The notes under the pieces are model-generated. The model worked only from the letters and a program-made list of their open reading frames with translations, had not been told where the DNA came from and did not search any database. Below are positions 57,721 to 64,000 of a stretch of 64,000 bases of DNA, piece after piece. The position numbers and the translations under genes were made by a program. The stretch is taken from positions 4,064,001 through 4,128,000 of the forward strand of contig OY762911.1 of NCBI GenBank assembly GCA_963666565.1, written 5' to 3'. The stretch comes from Thermoanaerobaculia bacterium (GTDB lineage: Bacteria; Acidobacteriota; Thermoanaerobaculia; Multivoradales; Multivoraceae). The number at the start of each line of letters is the position of its first letter. The stretch's first letter is position 1.

Positions 57721-57876
57721 AGCGGACCAGAAGGTCCGCGCACCCAGAGAACGGCCTTGCCCGGTGGGAGAATCTCTACTGCAAGCCCATTGCTCGAAGT
57801 GACGCCACGTCCTCCGCATGTACAGAAGTGGCCGCACCGATACGGTTCTCTGGGTGCGCGGACCTTCTGGTCCGCT
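57721..57876. repeat. inverted pair of variant REP units
   Basis: GCGGACC-AGAA-GGTCCGC-GCACCCAGAGAAC and its reverse complement. Confidence 0.82.
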
Positions 57877-58031
57877 TCCGGAAGAACGGCCGCCGCGAAG
57901 CGGCGACCACACCGAGAGAACGGACGTCGGCGTGGCGACGCACTCTACCGCAGCCTGGTTGTTCCACGCGCGACAGCGCAGCGGACCGGTGCGAACAACT
58001 CGGCGCGAGCCGAGTTCATCCCGGGACCGCG

Positions 58032-58286
58032 CTACTGGATCGCCGGCTCTCCCGAAGAGCGAGGCGGATCGGCCTCCGCCAACGATCTGACCTCGAAGTC
58101 AAGAACGGCCTTGACGCTTGGCGCCGCCACGCCCGGGAACCAGTCCAGGAACTGCTCCACCGACGCGCCGTCCCGGATGTTCTCGAACAGAGTGGCGACG
58201 GGAACGCGCGTCCCCCGAAACACCCAGGCGCCGCTGAGCTTGTCGGGATGCCGTTCTACTGCGGAACACCTGCGCCGATCCGTCAT
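58032..58286 (-). CDS. DUF433 protein (orphan antitoxin-like)
   Basis: VER.P..LSGAWVFRGTRVPV..LFEN..DGASV..FL.WFPGV. Confidence 0.85.
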   Translation of the reverse strand: MTDRRRCSAVERHPDKLSGAWVFRGTRVPVATLFENIRDGASVEQFLDWFPGVAAPSVKAVLDFEVRSLAEADPPRSSGEPAIQ

Positions 58287-58354
58287 TCCGTTTCCCCGCG
58301 TCTCGGCGTTACCGTGGCCGACGCGACGATACCAGCCCTTCAGAGGACATCGCC

Positions 58355-59770
58355 TCACCCGAAGATCAGGTTCCAGATCGTGAACAGCGTGAACGACACG
58401 TAAACCGCCGACGCGATCACCATCATCACGACGTTGAGCGGCTTCGGCCGGGCGGACTTCGGCAGCTTGGTCAGGTTGACGTAGAGCGTCAGCGGCACGT
58501 AGATCGCCATCGCGAAGCCGCCCAGCAACGCGGAGTTGAAGATGAAGCCGAGCGCGGAGACGCCGGAGAGTTCGAAGAACGCCGTCGAGGCGGTGCCGGC
58601 GACCATGAACATGATCGCGAAGGTCAGGTACCACTGGCTCTGGGTCCGCTTCTTGCCGAACTTGAACATGGAGCCCAGCAGATAGGACCAGGTGCGGGCG
58701 CCGCCGTCGACGGCGCCGAGCTGGGAGCTGAACAGCGCCGCCATGCCGATCAGCAGGAACACGTAGCGGCCGAAGGTGCCGAGGCTCGATTCCAGGATGA
58801 TCGACATGTCCCAGACGATCTGTCCCTCCTCGGGCACGATCCCGGCGGGCCGCAGGACGGTCAGCGCGCCGAACATGAACAGGAACATGGTGAACGTGTT
58901 GCCGAGCCAGAAGAAGACGACCTGGTCCTGGATCACGAAGCGCATCCAGCGCCGGAACCGGCTCGCGTTCTCGGGCGTCTCGCGGTAGCGGTAGCCGGTC
59001 TGGATCTCGGCCGTCCTGTTCATGCGGAGCGGGTTGGCCAGCACCGGGATGCGCCCGCCCATGCCGACGTTCTTGTCGCGCAGGTAGAAGGCGTACCAGA
59101 GGTTGCCGGCGCCGCCGATGCCCGCGAAGACGACCGCGCCGAAGAAGCGGGCGAAGGTGAACTGGTCGTCGAGTTCGATGTGGCCAATGTTGACCAGCCC
59201 CCGGCCCATCTCCTTGATCGCGTCCCAGGTGCCGACGGAGAACGCGACGTAGATCAGCCCGACCGTGATGACCAGCACCATGATCCCGATCGCCCGCTCG
59301 ACCGCCCGGTACATCTCCTTCGGCCCGAACAGGATGAGCGCGATCAGGCCGAACGTCACCGCGGTCCAGAACCACTCCGGGCCCGGTCCGTCCGGCCCGA
59401 AGAAGAGCGCCTTGAGCGCGGCGCCCGACATCCGCGCCCAGCCCGGCAGGAACAGCCCGACGAAGCCGAGCGACAGGAACGCGTAGATGACCCCCATCGA
59501 CATGCGCGCGTAGGAGGTGTACGGGTGCTCGCCGGTGACCACCGCCCAGCGGCCGATCTCGATGTTGATCCAGAGCTGGAGGAAGACGCCGAGGGCCGCG
59601 GCCCAGATCATCACCGCGCCGAACTTGGCCGTCACCCAGGGCCAGACGGCGAGCTCGCCGGCGCCGACGGCGAGGCCGATCATGATCGCGCCCGGCCCGG
59701 CGAGCTGCCAGAAAGACAGCTTGCGATCCGGGAGGTTCTCCTCGCGCAGCGGCGGAATGGGTACCGGCAT
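58355..59770 (-). CDS. Nramp/APC-superfamily secondary transporter (paralog 2)
   Basis: GPG.I..GLAVGAGE..WP, N.EIGR, GG.GNL.Y.FY..DK..GMG; GGAGGAG SD. Confidence 0.85.
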   Translation of the reverse strand: MPVPIPPLREENLPDRKLSFWQLAGPGAIMIGLAVGAGELAVWPWVTAKFGAVMIWAAALGVFLQLWINIEIGRWAVVTGEHPYTSYARMSMGVIYAFLSLGFVGLFLPGWARMSGAALKALFFGPDGPGPEWFWTAVTFGLIALILFGPKEMYRAVERAIGIMVLVITVGLIYVAFSVGTWDAIKEMGRGLVNIGHIELDDQFTFARFFGAVVFAGIGGAGNLWYAFYLRDKNVGMGGRIPVLANPLRMNRTAEIQTGYRYRETPENASRFRRWMRFVIQDQVVFFWLGNTFTMFLFMFGALTVLRPAGIVPEEGQIVWDMSIILESSLGTFGRYVFLLIGMAALFSSQLGAVDGGARTWSYLLGSMFKFGKKRTQSQWYLTFAIMFMVAGTASTAFFELSGVSALGFIFNSALLGGFAMAIYVPLTLYVNLTKLPKSARPKPLNVVMMVIASAVYVSFTLFTIWNLIFG

Positions 59771-60023
59771 ATGGCGCTCTCCTCCAGCCGGCACGGGCCG
59801 AGCCGCCCGCCAGCTCTCGCGGTTCCATGGAATGACGGAGTCGCGGGCACTGTAGCAGCGCGGGACGTGGGCGCCGCGCCGCCGGGCGCCGACGCGCGGG
59901 CAACTCGCCCCGGGTCGGGCGTTCCCCGCCGCCCTACGGCCCGCAGTTGCCGGTGAGGCGCTACCATTCGGACGCTCGTCCTGTTCCAGCCCGCCTGCCG
60001 ATCGCCCTCGATAGGAGAGACCG

Positions 60024-61361
60024 ATGACCCGATATCCCCGCTTGCCCCGCCCGTCCCGTCGCCCCGCCGCGGCACTGCCTGTTGCGCTGTGCCTCGCGCT
60101 CTTCGTCGCGGCCGCCGCGGCGCCGCTGGCGGCCGCCGATCCGGAGTTCACCGTCACGAAGCCCGAGGCCGTCGGCTTCTCGGCCGAGCGCCTCGCCCGC
60201 ATCGACGCGGCGATGAACCGCTACGTCGAGGCCGGCAAGATCGCCGGGGCGACCGGCCTGGTCGCCCGCCGCGGCGAGATCGCGTACTTCAACACCTGGG
60301 GCTACCGCGACCTCGAGACGAAGGCGCCGATGCCGAAGGACGCGCTCTTCCGCATCTACTCGATGTCCAAGGCGGTGACAGGAGTCGCCGTCATGATCCT
60401 CCACGAGAACTACGGCTTCCCGCTGCGCACGCCCGCCTCGCGCTGGATTCCGGCGCTCGGCGACCTGGAAGTCACCGAATGGAGCGTCGACCCGGGGACC
60501 GGCGATCCGCGCATGGAGCTCGTTCCCGCGAACCGTGACATGACGGTCCAGGACCTGCTGACCCACAGCGCCGGCATCAGTTACGGCGGTCCGCGCAACG
60601 CGCGCGGCGGCATGTACTACGCCGAACTCGGGGTCGGCAACCGCGACCAGACCCTCGAGGAGTTCGTCGACAAGCTGGGCCAGGCGCCCCTCCACGACCA
60701 CCCCGGCACGGTGTGGCGCTACGGCTACAGCATGGACGTCCTGGGCCGCCTGGTCGAGGTGATCTCGGGCAAGACCTTCGACGTCTTCCTCGAAGAGGAG
60801 ATCTTCAAGCCGCTCGGGATGAAGGACACGGCCTTCTACGTCCGACCGGGCACCGAGGACCGGCTGGCCGTGCTCTACACGCCCAACCGCGAGGCGGGCG
60901 ACGGCACAGTCATGCGCTCCAGCGCGCCGCCGCAGGACTCCTATCTCAAGAAGCCGAAGATCTTCTACGGCGGCGCGGGCCTGGTCTCGACAACCACGGA
61001 CTACTACCGGATGGTCCAGATGCTGCTCGACGGCGGCCGCTACGACGGCGGTCAGTTGCTGAGTCCGAAGTCCGTCAAGCTCCTGTCTTCCGACCACATC
61101 GGCGACATGCCGCGGGTCGGTCAGTTGATGGGGCCGGGCGACGGGTTCGGGCTCACCTTCCGGGTCAACACGAACCCGGGCATCAACGGCGCGCTGGGTT
61201 CTCCCGGTGACTACAGTTGGGGCGGCGCCGCGGGCACCCGCTTCTGGATCGACCCCCAGGAGGAAATGGTCGCGGTGTTCATGGTCCAGATCCTCCCCCA
61301 CGCCGGCCTGACCTACGGCACGGAGTTCCGCAACCTCGCCTACCAGGCGATCATCGACTGA
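60024..61361 (+). CDS. serine hydrolase, beta-lactamase class C/esterase family
   Basis: FRIYSMSK (SxxK), LLTH.AG, W.YG.S.DVLG, WGGAAGT.FWIDP. Confidence 0.92.
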   Translation: MTRYPRLPRPSRRPAAALPVALCLALFVAAAAAPLAAADPEFTVTKPEAVGFSAERLARIDAAMNRYVEAGKIAGATGLVARRGEIAYFNTWGYRDLETKAPMPKDALFRIYSMSKAVTGVAVMILHENYGFPLRTPASRWIPALGDLEVTEWSVDPGTGDPRMELVPANRDMTVQDLLTHSAGISYGGPRNARGGMYYAELGVGNRDQTLEEFVDKLGQAPLHDHPGTVWRYGYSMDVLGRLVEVISGKTFDVFLEEEIFKPLGMKDTAFYVRPGTEDRLAVLYTPNREAGDGTVMRSSAPPQDSYLKKPKIFYGGAGLVSTTTDYYRMVQMLLDGGRYDGGQLLSPKSVKLLSSDHIGDMPRVGQLMGPGDGFGLTFRVNTNPGINGALGSPGDYSWGGAAGTRFWIDPQEEMVAVFMVQILPHAGLTYGTEFRNLAYQAIID

Positions 61362-61438
61362 CCCGCCGGGACGCGGGAGACGGCGCCGGAAGCCGCCACC
61401 CGCCAATCGCATCGACCCACCTTCGGAGAATCACACGC

Positions 61439-62455
61439 ATGGCCGAACGCAGCCAGGAAGTCCGTCTCGCCTCGCGCCCCGCCGGCGAACCCGAACCCGC
61501 CAACTTCAACCTCGTCGAAACCGACATGCCGAGCGCCGGCGACGGCCAGGCGCTGGTCCGCAACGTCTACATGTCGGTCGACCCGTACATGCGGGGCCGC
61601 ATGCGCGACATCCAGTCGTACACGCCGCCGTTCGCCATCGGCAAGGCGCTCGACGGCGGCGCGGTCGGCGTCGTAGAGGAGTCGAACACGGACGCCCTGG
61701 CGCCGGGCGACCTCGTGTCGAGCCGCTTCGGCTGGCGCAGCCACTTCGCCGCTCCGGCGGCGGAACTCCAGAAGATCGACACCCACGGCGCGCCGCTCTC
61801 CGCGTTCCTGGGCGTGCTCGGCATGCCGGGGATGACCGCCTACGTCGGCCTGCTCGACCTGGGCGAACCGAAGGAGGGCGAGACGGTGTTCGTGTCGGCC
61901 GCCGCGGGCGCGGTCGGCAGCCTGGTGGGCCAGATCGCGAAGATCAAGGGTTGCCGGGCGGTCGGCAGCGCCGGCTCGCCGGACAAGGTCGAGCACCTGA
62001 CCGCGGATCTCGGCTACGACGCCGCCTTCGACTACCACGACGATCTGAACCGTTCGCTCAGCGAGACCTGCCCGGACGGCATCGACGTCTACTTCGAGAA
62101 CGTCGGCGGGCCGATGCTGGAGGCCGTGCTGCTGCACATGAACATGTTCGGCCGCATCCCGGTCTGCGGGATGATCTCGCAGTACAACGACAAGGAACCG
62201 CGCCCCGGGCCGCGGACGCTCATCTCGATCATCCCCAAGCGCCTCAGGATGCAGGGCTTCATCGTCTCCGACCACATGGACCGCCGGGCCGACTTCGTCC
62301 GCGACGTCGCCGGCTGGATCGCCGAAGGCAAGGTCGCCTACCGCGAGACGATCGTCTCCGGCCTCGACAAGGCCCCCGAAGCGTTCATGGGGCTGTTCCG
62401 CGGCGAGAACACCGGCAAAATGGTGGTCCAGATCGGCGACGACCCGACGAAGTAG
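61439..62455 (+). CDS. NADP-dependent alkenal/curcumin reductase-like (MDR/PTGR) oxidoreductase
   Basis: SVDPYMRGRM, GMPGMTAY, VSAAAGAVGS, YFENVGG, CGMISQYN, G.NTGK. Confidence 0.93.
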   Translation: MAERSQEVRLASRPAGEPEPANFNLVETDMPSAGDGQALVRNVYMSVDPYMRGRMRDIQSYTPPFAIGKALDGGAVGVVEESNTDALAPGDLVSSRFGWRSHFAAPAAELQKIDTHGAPLSAFLGVLGMPGMTAYVGLLDLGEPKEGETVFVSAAAGAVGSLVGQIAKIKGCRAVGSAGSPDKVEHLTADLGYDAAFDYHDDLNRSLSETCPDGIDVYFENVGGPMLEAVLLHMNMFGRIPVCGMISQYNDKEPRPGPRTLISIIPKRLRMQGFIVSDHMDRRADFVRDVAGWIAEGKVAYRETIVSGLDKAPEAFMGLFRGENTGKMVVQIGDDPTK

Positions 62456-62483
62456 CGAGGCGTAGCGGCTCGGCTTGTACCCG

Positions 62484-62657
62484 CCCGCCGGGAGTCCGGG
62501 TCGAGTGTCCCGGCGGACGCTCACCCCCTCTTGATTGGCGTCAGGCTGGGGTTCGCTGCGGTCGACTTCGCTCCGGCTCGGAGTCGGTCCAGGCAACGAT
62601 CTTGGCAGTCGCTCGTCTCCAGCCCGCTGGGACCCTCGACCCGGACTCCCGGCGGGC
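62484..62657. repeat. MITE-like element with about 34-bp terminal inverted repeats
   Basis: CCCGCCGGGAGTCCGGGTCGAGTGTCCCGGCGG ... CCGCTGGGACCCTCGACCCGGACTCCCGGCGGG. Confidence 0.65.
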
Positions 62658-62671
62658 TGGACGACTTCGGC

Positions 62672-63220
62672 TCAGCGCAAGCGCGTGCGGTACTCCTCGC
62701 AAGCCGCTTCAAGAGACGCCGGAGCAGGCTGACGTAGCGTCCCTTGCCGGCACATTTCCACCAGCACGTGAACGTGTCGCCGACAGTCCCTCGGTCTCTC
62801 CAACCTCGGGTAGTCCCTTCGAGTCTCGTCTACAGCCACTCCGTCCAAGTAGGCAAGCCACGTCTCGATGTTCCATGTGGGGATGAACACGGCCGCGCTG
62901 TCTTCCGCTGATCTGACCGCCACGTCCTGACGCCGGCATGCCTCGTCCAATCTGCGTAACCGCCGGGCAACGCCCACTGCATCGCCATCCGCCAGGACAA
63001 GCAGGGTCGAAGCCACGTGAGGCCAGCGGCACGCAATCAGTTCCTTTGCGTACTCGTCTTCAACAAACTTGTCAGCAGCTCCCCGCCCAGGTGGACTGCG
63101 CTCCACGCGGAGATGGTAGTTGTCCGTTACAAGTCCCGTCCTGCGGAGAAACTCGCGCGCAAACGTCTCGTGCTGCCTGTCTTCGCACAGGAGGATGAAC
63201 TGCACCCTCCGACGAGCCAT
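62672..63220 (-). CDS. DUF4276/RloB-like TOPRIM-type protein
   Basis: ILLCED, LADGD, IP..NIETW; TGATG-coupled to the upstream ATPase. Confidence 0.65.
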   Translation of the reverse strand: MARRRVQFILLCEDRQHETFAREFLRRTGLVTDNYHLRVERSPPGRGAADKFVEDEYAKELIACRWPHVASTLLVLADGDAVGVARRLRRLDEACRRQDVAVRSAEDSAAVFIPTWNIETWLAYLDGVAVDETRRDYPRLERPRDCRRHVHVLVEMCRQGTLRQPAPASLEAACEEYRTRLR

Positions 63221-64000
63221 CACCGCTCCCATCCTCGGGCCATGAGCTGGGAGAGCCTCAGCGACGTCTCGCGATTCGGCTGATCCAACCTGCCGCCGAG
63301 CGGCTCGGCCCTGGTCGGCCCCAAGCCATCGCGCCAGAGCAAGACGCCCTGATCGCCTCCCAGGTAGTCGATGACCTCGGGGTGGTGCGAGCACAGAACG
63401 GCCTGAGTGACTTCACTCCCGCAAGCATCCGCCAGCGTGATCAGCCAAGGCTGGATCTCCCGGAGTCCTACATAGTTCACCGGCTCATCGATAAGAAGAG
63501 CCGTCCCCTCGGCAGCGAGGAGAGTGATGGCGTAAAGGACGACCAGTGCGCGCTGTCCATCGGACAACTCGTGGAACCTGAACTTGTGGGCCTCGTCAGC
63601 CTCGCCAAACACCGCGGACAACACCCGAGTATCGACGCCGGCCTTCTCCAGGGAGAGACTGCGAAGTCCGTCAAACACCCCACGCAGAACGTCAACGTAC
63701 TCCGAGTACAGGTGCGGCCGTTCCTGCAGGAAGTGACGGTACCAATCGACGAAATTCCGTCCGTCCCTGGCCAAGGTCGGATCCTCGCCAGCCGCCTCCG
63801 ACACGAGGGCCGGCGGATTCAGCCTGCAAACCACCATGCCGCGCACGAACTCGACAAAACGGGTGAGAGCGAGGTTCTTCTCGATGGGCACGACGCGAGC
63901 AAGCGAGGACTCGCTCCAGTCGCTCTTGAAACTGGGACCCTCAGAATGGTCGTCACGGTACAGTTGCACGTCGCCCCCCGCGAAGTTGAACAGGAGGCCT
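63220..64000 (-). CDS. ABC-type (AAA_21-like) ATPase, C-terminal part (runs off window end)
   Basis: ELSDGQR signature, LLIDEP Walker B, SHHP H-loop. Confidence 0.85.
   Translation of the reverse strand, partial: GLLFNFAGGDVQLYRDDHSEGPSFKSDWSESSLARVVPIEKNLALTRFVEFVRGMVVCRLNPPALVSEAAGEDPTLARDGRNFVDWYRHFLQERPHLYSEYVDVLRGVFDGLRSLSLEKAGVDTRVLSAVFGEADEAHKFRFHELSDGQRALVVLYAITLLAAEGTALLIDEPVNYVGLREIQPWLITLADACGSEVTQAVLCSHHPEVIDYLGGDQGVLLWRDGLGPTRAEPLGGRLDQPNRETSLRLSQLMARGWER

Noticed and set aside
60024-61361. Antibiotic-resistance beta-lactamase
   Set aside because: Motifs (LLTH.AG, WGG) fit family VIII esterase-like serine hydrolases; nothing supports a resistance function.

Overview
High-GC bacterial DNA, most consistent with an Acidobacteriota (Thermoanaerobaculia-like) host-associated, possibly sponge-symbiont, genome. 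This is an inference from the acidobacterial VWA protein, the 'WFF..N.E.L.KVLDGC' domains, a plant-like LRR protein and the many toxin-antitoxin (TA) modules. Most genes encode periplasmic or surface catabolic functions: 2 TonB-dependent receptors, a cytochrome c-PQQ dehydrogenase, 2 heme-c/PHM-like copper monooxygenases, CopCD, a tricorn protease, a BVMO, a CoA-transferase, 2 Nramp-like transporters and 4 paralogs of an unnamed secreted 'PDLxGxW...EYACHEGN' family. These are interspersed with TA modules, an intact IS1380, a decayed ISL3, defence-like genes and about 22 copies of a REP-like hairpin. The main signals not visible in the ORF track are: (1) an AhpD-like selenoprotein split by an in-frame UGA (C-F-Y-U) with a SECIS-like hairpin; (2) a DUF547-radical SAM fusion next to a GT-C-like membrane protein, with an IS inserted in its predicted -10 box; (3) an LRR surface protein split by a G9 tract, a possible phase-variation switch; (4) a heme-Cu monooxygenase/rhodanese/TonB/CopCD cluster; (5) many apparently leaderless promoters. 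Family assignments come from motif recognition by eye, not from database searches.
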